A stretch of 64,000 bases of DNA from a virus. The notes under the pieces were generated by a model that was not told the DNA's origin, ran no database searches, and worked only from the letters and a program-made list of their open reading frames with translations. Location: positions 1 to 64,000 of IMG/VR virus record IMGVR_UViG_3300035193_000067; one strand, given 5' to 3'. The position numbers and the translations under genes were made by a program. This document shows positions 17,848 to 26,406 of the stretch, one piece after another. Positions within the stretch are counted from its first letter, which is position 1. The number at the start of each line of letters is the position of its first letter.

Positions 17848-18470
17848 AGCAGCTCATAATCCACTTCTGAAGTAATGGAAGGACAGTAGCCCTTGCCTGC
17901 GGCAGTTTGGAAGTACTCTTCTTCCTCTACTGGTTTCTGTTTTGCAAAATCTGCAATATCCTTGGCAGTCAATCCAATAAAAGCAATTGTATCTCCTACC
18001 TGTACATCATTGACCTGACAAAAACCTCCCTGAACCTCCACCACTGCATCACAGGATGAACAGGACCATTTATCAGAACTGCCCGGCTTCGTATCCGCCT
18101 GAATCTTAACAACCTCATCATTCCTGATGAATAGAATGTCAAGCGGATAAGAAACGCTTCCTTGATGAAATGTTACATCAGCGCTGGGGGCATACGGAAA
18201 ATACATCCCTCTGTTTGCAGGAAGCTCCGGCGTATTCTGAAGACCTGCCATTTTTTCCGAGTGAGTATAAGCCACTTCACAAGCAATTTTAACATCCTTG
18301 TCAACCCACCAGCATACCATACGCTCAATAGGCTTCATTCTAGCTTGTTTATTTCTCATACGTGATGTCAATTTAATCTCATCTTCTGTATACGCATAAA
18401 AGGACAGGGAGTTGTCTGAGCCCTTCCACGCATAAATTTCATTACCATCTCCCTGAAGACGACACAGCAT
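17844..18470 (-). CDS. DUF192-domain protein
   Basis: EVA.T..EK..GL.....LP...GM.F........F......PLDILFI....V..I.....VVEV.GG......VGD. Confidence 0.8.
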   Translation of the reverse strand: MLCRLQGDGNEIYAWKGSDNSLSFYAYTEDEIKLTSRMRNKQARMKPIERMVCWWVDKDVKIACEVAYTHSEKMAGLQNTPELPANRGMYFPYAPSADVTFHQGSVSYPLDILFIRNDEVVKIQADTKPGSSDKWSCSSCDAVVEVQGGFCQVNDVQVGDTIAFIGLTAKDIADFAKQKPVEEEEYFQTAAGKGYCPSITSEVDYELL

Positions 18471-19139
18471 CTACCTTTTGCCGTATTTCTTCTTGGATTT
18501 TTTAGGAGACTTTGTAACAGCTTTCTTTTTCGGTGTTACTTTCTTTTCAGTAGTATCTTCCAGATCTGCAAAAATCTCAGACTCATCAATAACGTCCTCG
18601 GAGCTTACTGCATCAGGGTGTTCAACAGACTCTTCTTCAATAATGGCAGGAGCAGCCTCCTCCAGAGCAGTCTTGATTCCTGAAATAGCATCCAGGAGAT
18701 CTGCATCAGCTTCTTCAGAATCCTTGGTGGATACTTCAACAGTAACTTCTACAGGTGCTTCCACTGGCTCTACAGATGCTTCCACGGGTACAACTTCCTC
18801 TTTAACCTCTTCAGGTACATCTACAGGAACTGAAGTGCCAGGTGCGCCGATCTTGAACCTTTCAGTGTTAGCTTCATTGACAACTATCAGTTTGTTGGTC
18901 TTCAGAGCTGCCTGAACCTCAGGACTTAACTGAACGTCCATAGCAGTGTAGCCAGTCTCTTTGACAAGATCAACAGCATGTACAGCAGGAACAGTTACGC
19001 TGGCAGTCTTCCCTTTGAGAGATCTGCGTCTGTGGTGAGATGACTGTTCAAGTATTGGCAAGATTTTAGTCATCTCTTTAACAATAAGCGAAAGATTCTT
19101 TTTACCTGGATTAAATACTACAAATGCTTCCTTTTTCAT
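18471..19139 (-). CDS. Hypothetical protein, acidic middle and Lys-rich tail
   Basis: AGGAGG RBS; composition. Confidence 0.75.
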   Translation of the reverse strand: MKKEAFVVFNPGKKNLSLIVKEMTKILPILEQSSHHRRRSLKGKTASVTVPAVHAVDLVKETGYTAMDVQLSPEVQAALKTNKLIVVNEANTERFKIGAPGTSVPVDVPEEVKEEVVPVEASVEPVEAPVEVTVEVSTKDSEEADADLLDAISGIKTALEEAAPAIIEEESVEHPDAVSSEDVIDESEIFADLEDTTEKKVTPKKKAVTKSPKKSKKKYGKR

Positions 19140-19153
19140 AAAATACCTCCTGT

Positions 19154-21550
19154 TTATGATTTAAAAAGATCAGCCAAATTATCTTTTCCCAGAAACTTTT
19201 TCAGCTCTTCAGGAGGCATACCAACCTCAGATAGAACTCGCTGAGAAAGCATCAACGCTTTGCTCATAGCAATCTCTGTCTCATTGGATGCGGGAACATC
19301 CGCGCTTTCCACGTCTTTATATATCTTAAGAACCTGTCCTTCCTGCGAATTAGGATCTACTAGAGGATCTGCAGCAGGTGCCGCAGGAGCTGCCGGAGCA
19401 GCAGGAGCTTCCGCAGGTGCTTCAGCAGGAGCTTCCGCAGGAGCTGCCGGAGCAACTTCTTCCTGTGCAGACTTCAACAGTTTCTGAAAAGCTTTACGCT
19501 TCTTCTGAGCTTCAGCAGCCTCACGCAGAACTCTGGCAGCTGTTGGAGCAGGCTGTGCAGGAGCTGCCGGAGCCGCCGGGGCAGCAGGCGCTTGAGGTGC
19601 CGCAGGTGCTGCGGGAGCCTTTGGAGCAGGTGTTACAGGTGCGGGTTTAGCATTTCCTGCAGGAGCTGTACCAGGTTTCTGCAACTGAATCTGTATAATT
19701 TTCTGTTTCTGATCAGGCTGCATCCCCATAATGTCTTCCGCAGTCCACCCAAGAGTCTTCAAACCTTCATCACCAGCACCTGCCGCAGGGGTTGGTGCAG
19801 GAGCTGCCGGAGCTGCAGGAGCCTTTGGAGCAGGTGTCTTCTTGTCACCACCAGCAGGGGCTGCAGGAGCTGCAGGAGCAGGTGTCTGAGGTGCAGCAGG
19901 AGCTGCCTGAGCTTTAATAGGATTCTTGGGCAGTTTCTGCTGACCATGAGTTTCAGGAGTTGTTTGAATCTCCGGTTCATAAACCTTGGCAGAATCTCCT
20001 TCACCTTTATTACCACGATCCTCATCTTTGTTCGAATCATCTTTATCAGGAGCTGAAACATCTACTCCCATGTCATCCGTCAGATCTTCACCGTACCACC
20101 CAAAATAACCTGCCCAATAATCCTGGGCAAACTCATCAGCAGCTGTTTTAGTGGCTGTTATGCCATAAGTCTGAGCAACTTCACTCCAGTTTACAGAATC
20201 CAAAGAATTTTCCGCAAGGTCTGCGTAAAAACCTTCCAATTCAGGAGCACCTTCACTCACAGCAGCAACTACCGCATTCTGTATACTCAACTCAATACTC
20301 TGAGACCCATCAGATTCAACAGCACTCTGGACACGCTGTCTTAGATCATCATCATGCATAACCCATGCAGCTACTATTTTAGTAGAATCATTAGACAAAC
20401 TATCATATACCTGCGCTGTTTTAGCCTGTACTTCACCCATCTCCTCAGACGTAGCATCTCCAGGCATTCTTGGGGCAAGTTTTGACCAATCATAGTCATC
20501 TTCCGTACCCATCGATCTCACCAGGTGATACAGCTCTTCTGCAGATTCTGCTTCAAGATCCCGCATATACTGACCGGAATCTCCCCAATTCTCTTTGATC
20601 TTTACTGAAGTTTTACCCTGTTGCTTGTTGTAGGTGTCCCAGGCAAGTGCATAAGGATTGTCAACATCAGGATCCTTTTTCAGTTTCTTAACCAGTTCTT
20701 CCATTCCAGGAGGTGCTACAGATGCCTTGTCACAAACTGTATCACTTTTGGAATCCATCATCTCTGCTACACGATCCAGCATCCATGATTCAGGATCTGT
20801 GATATTGACCAGATATTTGTTATCCGGTACAGCAGCCACTCTCTGGTCATAAGACATACCTCTGCGAGGAGCCGCAAAAGTGTCTACAATTAAGGAAGAA
20901 CGTTTGGCAGTTAAAGGAGACTCATCTTCTTCGTCTTCTTCGTCTTCTTCATAAGGATCTGTATCTTCCTCATCCTCCACACCTTCAAAATCTTCCACCA
21001 GCTCATACATGTCCTCAAGGTGCTCCTCCATCTCTTCAATGAAGTCTTCCTCATACTCGTCATCCATGTCTTCCTGAGCAAACCTGCTGTAAGCCTTCAT
21101 CTCTCGGGAATCACTGTCTCTCCCCAGATCTGTATCAGTAAACCCACCACGCTCCACTGAAGTCTGTGGATTCTTATTGACTGCAGGACTCTTGAAGACA
21201 ATACTGCCGGTATCTGCTCCAGTTCCTTTTTCAACAGAAACCTGATCAGCTTTGGGACCCTTGTCAACCTTGGGAGACTTGAAAGCCTCGTCAGTGCTTG
21301 TGTCAGGCCCCAGAACGCCTTTAGGAGGTGCTGGGTAGGTAACAGGCTTGGGAGTCTTCTCCGGGATTCCAGCAGCCTTGCAGAAGTCTTTTACAGAACT
21401 CTCGAAATGGAAAAATGAAGATTTCCTGGAGGCTCCGGAAGGATCGGTCAAAACAACCTGGTCATCAGCATTGACCGAAATTGACCATTTGTTGTGAGAG
21501 ACTTTGTTGCCTTTAAGCAAATCACTTTTTACTGTATTATATGTTTTCAT
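19154..21550 (-). CDS. Large modular head-internal/scaffold-like protein with Pro/Ala-rich and acidic tracts
   Basis: Modules bounded by RFAQ, KTAQ, KTAA, IKAQ, KSAQ; contains a degenerate copy of the VNWxEVAQ module and a DYW.GYFG.YG module. Confidence 0.75.
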   Translation of the reverse strand: MKTYNTVKSDLLKGNKVSHNKWSISVNADDQVVLTDPSGASRKSSFFHFESSVKDFCKAAGIPEKTPKPVTYPAPPKGVLGPDTSTDEAFKSPKVDKGPKADQVSVEKGTGADTGSIVFKSPAVNKNPQTSVERGGFTDTDLGRDSDSREMKAYSRFAQEDMDDEYEEDFIEEMEEHLEDMYELVEDFEGVEDEEDTDPYEEDEEDEEDESPLTAKRSSLIVDTFAAPRRGMSYDQRVAAVPDNKYLVNITDPESWMLDRVAEMMDSKSDTVCDKASVAPPGMEELVKKLKKDPDVDNPYALAWDTYNKQQGKTSVKIKENWGDSGQYMRDLEAESAEELYHLVRSMGTEDDYDWSKLAPRMPGDATSEEMGEVQAKTAQVYDSLSNDSTKIVAAWVMHDDDLRQRVQSAVESDGSQSIELSIQNAVVAAVSEGAPELEGFYADLAENSLDSVNWSEVAQTYGITATKTAADEFAQDYWAGYFGWYGEDLTDDMGVDVSAPDKDDSNKDEDRGNKGEGDSAKVYEPEIQTTPETHGQQKLPKNPIKAQAAPAAPQTPAPAAPAAPAGGDKKTPAPKAPAAPAAPAPTPAAGAGDEGLKTLGWTAEDIMGMQPDQKQKIIQIQLQKPGTAPAGNAKPAPVTPAPKAPAAPAAPQAPAAPAAPAAPAQPAPTAARVLREAAEAQKKRKAFQKLLKSAQEEVAPAAPAEAPAEAPAEAPAAPAAPAAPAADPLVDPNSQEGQVLKIYKDVESADVPASNETEIAMSKALMLSQRVLSEVGMPPEELKKFLGKDNLADLFKS

Positions 21551-21561
21551 TACTGTATCCT

Positions 21562-22806
21562 TTAAAGATATTCTGCTCGTTCTATGTAATCTTCTACACC
21601 AAACTCTTTGATAGCCTCTACTGCCTGCATAATAACTTCCAAAGGCTGATCTTCTATTGAATCATACTCTCCAAAACCACTTGCATCGTAGATAGACCCA
21701 TCAACTTCATCAATCTTACTCTGAACCTCTTCCAAGCTCATGTCCGATAGGTCTAACCAGAAGCTGGAAACATCTCCTTCAGGGGTTTTATGTGCTATCT
21801 CTATACTAGGAGGACCTTCTTCAGCTCCATCCTCATCATCCCAGTCCGCATCCCATCCTTGAGCTTTCTTGTCAGACGATCCAGTTTTACCATAAACTTC
21901 TTCAAAACCAGCCATTGAGTAACCGTACTCTTCAAACAAAGACACAAACTTATCAAAAGGATAGGGATAGCTACCCTGAGAAGCGTCTTGCATCTTAAAC
22001 ATCGTCATAAAAGCTTCTGCACCATTTGCTGAAGGATCTGCACCCCTATCCAGATAACGTTTTGCAGCGCCAAGATCCATATCCTTAACCGCATCAACAA
22101 GAGCCCAGTCAAGATCATCCTGAGTAGACTCTTCTTCAGGAGAATCCCATTCTGCGTACTGCTCAGGATCCCAACCTTCCATCTGTGCACGCTTGTTTAC
22201 CATCTCAATAATAAAGTCACGAGCTTTCTTGTTTTGAGGATTGTTCACCGACAGACCATTAACACGCATCATGTAGTCAAAATCATCCTGATCATGAATG
22301 GAAGCAGCAATTCCCATCAGTTTGGTCATATCCAGCTTCACGTACCCATTGGCTGCAGAATTCTCCAGGCAGTCAACTGCTGCAGATTTGGGGAATCTTG
22401 CACTATAATGATCACGAATCTCTGCAAAGGTTGCATAATCCACAGAACCTGTCCGATTCTTCTCCCACAGTTTCTTCACATGAGCATACAGAGCTTTCAG
22501 CCCCACATCCCGCTTATCCGCTGTCATAGCCTGTTTCACAGCATTATGCAGATCAAAGGTGGATACTACCGGAAGATCTCCATCAATCTCAGAAGCCTCC
22601 TCCTCAACCCGCTCAGCCAGCTTCTCCCGCAACATGGACAGTTTGTCCATTGTGTTGTCAGGCTCATAATAAGATCTCATACGAGCCTCATCACGTTCTT
22701 CAGCAGCTTTGATGTCAGAAGCATAATGCTGAGACAATTTCCCAAAATCCAAAAGGTCGAAAGACTCTCCTGAATATTCCTTTAGTTTACTTAAAACAGA
22801 TTTCAT
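21562..22806 (-). CDS. Modular protein: N-terminal domain + ankyrin-like module + ArdA-like acidic module
   Basis: KRAQ-MEGWD...GADP module shared with 9551..10453; KKAQ then acidic C-terminal domain. Confidence 0.75.
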   Translation of the reverse strand: MKSVLSKLKEYSGESFDLLDFGKLSQHYASDIKAAEERDEARMRSYYEPDNTMDKLSMLREKLAERVEEEASEIDGDLPVVSTFDLHNAVKQAMTADKRDVGLKALYAHVKKLWEKNRTGSVDYATFAEIRDHYSARFPKSAAVDCLENSAANGYVKLDMTKLMGIAASIHDQDDFDYMMRVNGLSVNNPQNKKARDFIIEMVNKRAQMEGWDPEQYAEWDSPEEESTQDDLDWALVDAVKDMDLGAAKRYLDRGADPSANGAEAFMTMFKMQDASQGSYPYPFDKFVSLFEEYGYSMAGFEEVYGKTGSSDKKAQGWDADWDDEDGAEEGPPSIEIAHKTPEGDVSSFWLDLSDMSLEEVQSKIDEVDGSIYDASGFGEYDSIEDQPLEVIMQAVEAIKEFGVEDYIERAEYL

Positions 22807-22840
22807 TTATTATCTCCGTAAAATTAAAAAATCCTGTACA

Positions 22841-22864
22841 ATTCTAGCACAATCACTGACGAAA
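22841..22864 (-). promoter_or_regulatory. Putative phage late promoter TTTCG-N13-TAGAAT
   Basis: TTTCG TCAGTGATTGTGC TAGAAT. Confidence 0.65.
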
Positions 22865-22866
22865 AA

Positions 22867-23112
22867 CTAAGAAGCCTTCAACAAATCAACAAGACTGGAT
22901 TGCTGTCCACAGGAACTGCACACAACTTGAAGAGGTGCAGTCCCTGGAACAATACTGACTGATTTCTGACAGCACCTTGAAAGCAACTCACCACAATCCT
23001 CTGTCTCGCAGGGATCATTGTTTTGAGATCTTTTCATGAGATCTGTCAAAACATGGTCAAGCTGTTCAAGTTCTTCCGGGAAATCAGTCATCTCTTTAGC
23101 AGACCTTATCAA
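22867..23112 (-). CDS. Small zinc-binding protein
   Basis: SRCC...CSSC. Confidence 0.65.
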   Translation of the reverse strand: MIRSAKEMTDFPEELEQLDHVLTDLMKRSQNNDPCETEDCGELLSRCCQKSVSIVPGTAPLQVVCSSCGQQSSLVDLLKAS

Positions 23113-23157
23113 GCTTAATCAGGTTGAACAGATCTTTTTCATTAAAAGTTTTCATTG

Positions 23158-24210
23158 TTACTCCGTGAGGAAATCCTGGGCAACTTCCTGCCAATTTACC
23201 GCAGAGATAGACTCTTCATTGATAGCATCAGAGAAGGCTTCCAATACCCCGAAGTTGTCTTCTGACAAAGACTTTATATACTCAGCAAGACTCTGCACAT
23301 CTCCTTCAGCTGCAACACCCTGTACCTGCTTGTAAATCTCATACTCATTGTTGATCCACAAAGCTACTGCCCATGTAGCATAATTTGTCCAGCCCTGATA
23401 TTCCTGAGTTTCCCAATCCTCTTGAGCTTTTTTAGACTGTGCTTTCTTACGGTCCTTAACATCCTTGGTCATATCTGCCCCGTAACCAGTATCTGAATAA
23501 TAAGCCGACCAGTACTCTGCAGCAGCTTCATCTACACCCTGCTTAACCATCCACAGCTTCACCAGATCTGCCTTAACTCTCTTCTTGACTTCCTTAACCA
23601 GAGACTCCCCAAAAGGCCCATAATAAGCCTTGTAGTACTCTGCAGCAGCCTGATCAATAGCAATCTTCGGAATAGAGCTGGACAGGACCTGTCTTACTTT
23701 TTTGACAAGTGCTTTAGGTGCTGAAGAGGTCTTACCTTCTTTAACTGTATCAACAATCTCCTTCAAAACAGCTGTCCCAACCTTTTCCCAGTCTTCAACC
23801 AGATCTGCCGCCATTACAAAAGGAATGTTCAGTTCTTTGGAAGCCAAACGAGCTTTCATACCAAACTCAACGCTTTCCTTCACAGAAGCTACTTTATCCG
23901 CGCCAAAAGCCTTGCTCAGCTTTGCCCAGGACATTACCTTCGGAGCAGTCTCTCCGGCATCCTGCAGCTCTTTAGCAACTTTTGAATAATGTTTGGAAGC
24001 ATTGTGAGGCAATCGAGAGAACTGCCGCAGATCGGTCATGGAAGCTCCCCACATGCCAAGACTTGCCGCAGCCTTTGCCTGATACAGCTCCAGATCGTCA
24101 AGATCCTCTCGCTCAGCCTTGGTACGATTAACGATGACGTCTCCATCACGTGTGGCATTCGACTGCCAGAGATGATGAGACTGTTTAGTTGTTTTACGCC
24201 TTTTAACCAT
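23158..24210 (-). CDS. Modular protein with two AAAEY(W/Y).AYY modules and a C-terminal YQGWTNY module
   Basis: KKAQSKKAQ precedes a module homologous to the end of 9551..10453. Confidence 0.75.
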   Translation of the reverse strand: MVKRRKTTKQSHHLWQSNATRDGDVIVNRTKAEREDLDDLELYQAKAAASLGMWGASMTDLRQFSRLPHNASKHYSKVAKELQDAGETAPKVMSWAKLSKAFGADKVASVKESVEFGMKARLASKELNIPFVMAADLVEDWEKVGTAVLKEIVDTVKEGKTSSAPKALVKKVRQVLSSSIPKIAIDQAAAEYYKAYYGPFGESLVKEVKKRVKADLVKLWMVKQGVDEAAAEYWSAYYSDTGYGADMTKDVKDRKKAQSKKAQEDWETQEYQGWTNYATWAVALWINNEYEIYKQVQGVAAEGDVQSLAEYIKSLSEDNFGVLEAFSDAINEESISAVNWQEVAQDFLTE

Positions 24211-24222
24211 TTTTTTACTCCA

Positions 24223-24546
24223 TTAATAAAAATTACCAGGGTTGTACACATTATTGGGATAACCTGAATCATCCCAGGAAGCAGCCCCATACTCTGTGAT
24301 TTGCTTCTGCTTGTCTGCCTCATTTTTCTTGTCCTGAGCCCAGACCTGCAGCATTTTGATGATGGCAGTGAGTTTAATGTCGAAAGATGCCAACGCTACC
24401 ATTTCAAGACCCTTAAGAGCGCCCATAATCAAACGAGCATGCATATCGTTCTCCATAGGATTCATAAAAGCTTTTTTGGCAGGAAGATCTTCCCAACCAT
24501 TCTCAATTGCCACTTTCCTTAAAAATTTTGAATATGATTTATCCAT
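24223..24546 (-). CDS. Hypothetical protein (probably leaderless, start MDKSYSK)
   Basis: ATG 8 nt downstream of the -10 element; no SD; the longer track ORF overlaps the upstream gene. Confidence 0.6.
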   Translation of the reverse strand: MDKSYSKFLRKVAIENGWEDLPAKKAFMNPMENDMHARLIMGALKGLEMVALASFDIKLTAIIKMLQVWAQDKKNEADKQKQITEYGAASWDDSGYPNNVYNPGNFY

Positions 24547-24554
24547 AGTATACC

Positions 24555-24578
24555 AGTTTACCACACCGCGCTTCGAAA
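24555..24578 (-). promoter_or_regulatory. Putative phage late promoter TTTCG-N13-TAAACT
   Basis: TTTCG AAGCGCGGTGTGG TAAACT. Confidence 0.65.
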
Positions 24579-24580
24579 AA

Positions 24581-25204
24581 CTAAAGCCGATCAAAATGCA
24601 CAGGAGTATAACCCCGTACAACAGTTATGCTGGAAAAGTTAATAATTCTAACAGGTTTTGCATGAAAAAACTTCACAGGTGATGGTGACATTGCATAATA
24701 TCCATCAGAGATCTTTTTCAGTTCAGGACTTCCTGAAAGAAGCTCCCGCAGTTCATTGATGGTAGCACTTGTCATAATGTACGAAGAATTCATCGAATTG
24801 ATGCAGGCGCATTTGCCTTTATTTCTAATCTTCCGTACAATGTAATCAGGTCTGTGGTAGGTACTCTTTCGAATGTCCAAGAGAATGCAACGCTTGGGTT
24901 TGCAGATGTAATCTCTGCGAAACTCCTGAAAAGTCATCCCCTCTCCCTCTTCATTCAAAAAATACTTCCTGATCCAATCATACAGGGTCACAAAAGTAAC
25001 CCCGATGTAATCAGCCATTCCGTTGGCATTTTTAAAAATTCTGGAATCCAGAATAATCTCTCTGATAGGTTTTTCATGCTCTACCTGAAGCATGAGGACG
25101 TTCTTGCTATGTGCGCTGCGGCAATCTTCGCAAAAATAATAATCTTCAACAGATTTTAAGTTGGAAGTATTGAGGCACCCTGGGGAGTTGCATGTGATAG
25201 TCAA
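24581..25204 (-). CDS. Putative transcription regulator (Zn finger + HTH)
   Basis: CNSPGC...CEDC; NANGMADYIGVTFVTLYDWIRKY HTH pattern. Confidence 0.65.
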   Translation of the reverse strand: MTITCNSPGCLNTSNLKSVEDYYFCEDCRSAHSKNVLMLQVEHEKPIREIILDSRIFKNANGMADYIGVTFVTLYDWIRKYFLNEEGEGMTFQEFRRDYICKPKRCILLDIRKSTYHRPDYIVRKIRNKGKCACINSMNSSYIMTSATINELRELLSGSPELKKISDGYYAMSPSPVKFFHAKPVRIINFSSITVVRGYTPVHFDRL

Positions 25205-25205
25205 A

Positions 25206-25259
25206 AGGATCTCCTTATGAAAAATATTCTACTCATGACTTACCACGTAAGGAGATCCT
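25206..25259 (-). promoter_or_regulatory. RBS-sequestering hairpin with a promoter-like element in its loop
   Basis: Perfect 12-bp inverted repeat AGGATCTCCTTA/TAAGGAGATCCT covering the AAGGAG SD; loop contains TAGAAT. Confidence 0.7.
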
Positions 25260-25269
25260 CATTGAAAAA

Positions 25270-26406
25270 TTAAAGTGATACGTTATCTACCATATGCTTC
25301 AGCAGGTCCTCATGCTTAATATCAGCAGAGAGTCCCCAGACATTTATATAACAACTCATTGCCATCATGTCAACCGTCTGCTTATAGATCTGTTGACCTA
25401 CATAACGTAACAATTCAGGATCTTCCGACTGCTGCCCACTCAGCATCTTGTTAATGCTCACATCAATAAATCTTTCAGGAATAGGATCCATCTCAGCATT
25501 GTTCAAAATGAAATTTACTACGGTGTCGTAGACGTGTCCTTCAATTGCATTTTTGGTATAGCTTGAGTACTGATCCTCAAAAGATTTGACAAAACTCTCC
25601 CGATCACTGAAACCTGCTTTAATATATAGATCATCCTTATTAGGATCGAGGTACTGAAGCGAGTAAATACCACGGATTGTCACTTCAGCTTTAACCGTGC
25701 ACTCTTTCCCTTCAACAGCTTCATCAAAATGTACTATAACACACTCATCCACTTTCAATCCTGGAACATTCTCTTTAAGCTCTGCCGGAGTGATTTCAGA
25801 TACACGGCATCTGGTCAGCTTTGTCATACCTTTCTCATACCGCTCTCCGTTCACTGAAGTATATACATCAAATACCACTTCGCTGTCTTCAGTAACCTCT
25901 TCAGCACTTGTACGAATCGGATGTTCTTCCTGCAATTCCTTAATACGCTGATCCAGAGACTCCTGCAAACTGGGGAGATCCAAATCATCCGCTTTCAGGG
26001 ACTTCAACAGATCTGCATTAGCCTCAGACAGCCTGCACTCAGGCCAGGCAAACACTTCCATACTCAGATAAGGAGACTCTGTATCTTCTCCCTGCAACCT
26101 GCAAGTATTTACAAGCATTACACGAGTATCTGTGCTTTCCTCAATAAGAGAGCTGCCGTACATTGCCAATTCAGATCCATACACCTGGTAGAAACCCAAA
26201 GCCTTTTCAACCGCTCCACGTGCCTGAGAGTAATTAACCTTACCACCTTTACCTTTTTTACCTTTGTACTTGGCAGCTTTTGTCAAATGTTCCTTGTGCT
26301 GTTCCCACACCTCATCACAAACTTTAGTGATCTCCTCTTTCTTCACAGGTACAGTGAAGTGGTAAGGTGTTGCCTTAGGTGTGTATTTAATGCCTCTTTT
26401 TTCCAT
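25270..26406 (-). CDS. tig: Trigger factor homolog
   Basis: Three-domain TF pattern: FTVPV..EEI...; EVFAWPE; VVFDV...VNGERYEKG (FKBP); KAEVTIRGIY...L....DD; GF...E.F; V...L.NAEM.PIPE..ID. Confidence 0.7.
   Translation of the reverse strand: MEKRGIKYTPKATPYHFTVPVKKEEITKVCDEVWEQHKEHLTKAAKYKGKKGKGGKVNYSQARGAVEKALGFYQVYGSELAMYGSSLIEESTDTRVMLVNTCRLQGEDTESPYLSMEVFAWPECRLSEANADLLKSLKADDLDLPSLQESLDQRIKELQEEHPIRTSAEEVTEDSEVVFDVYTSVNGERYEKGMTKLTRCRVSEITPAELKENVPGLKVDECVIVHFDEAVEGKECTVKAEVTIRGIYSLQYLDPNKDDLYIKAGFSDRESFVKSFEDQYSSYTKNAIEGHVYDTVVNFILNNAEMDPIPERFIDVSINKMLSGQQSEDPELLRYVGQQIYKQTVDMMAMSCYINVWGLSADIKHEDLLKHMVDNVSL

Noticed and set aside
19370-19910. GC-rich gcaggagctgcc repeats as a non-coding repeat element
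   Set aside because: They are explained by Pro/Ala low-complexity coding sequence.
24547-24621. Hydrophobic signal-like N-terminus of track ORF 24223..24621
   Set aside because: It overlaps the upstream gene end and the promoter motif; the ATG at 24546 is more plausible.
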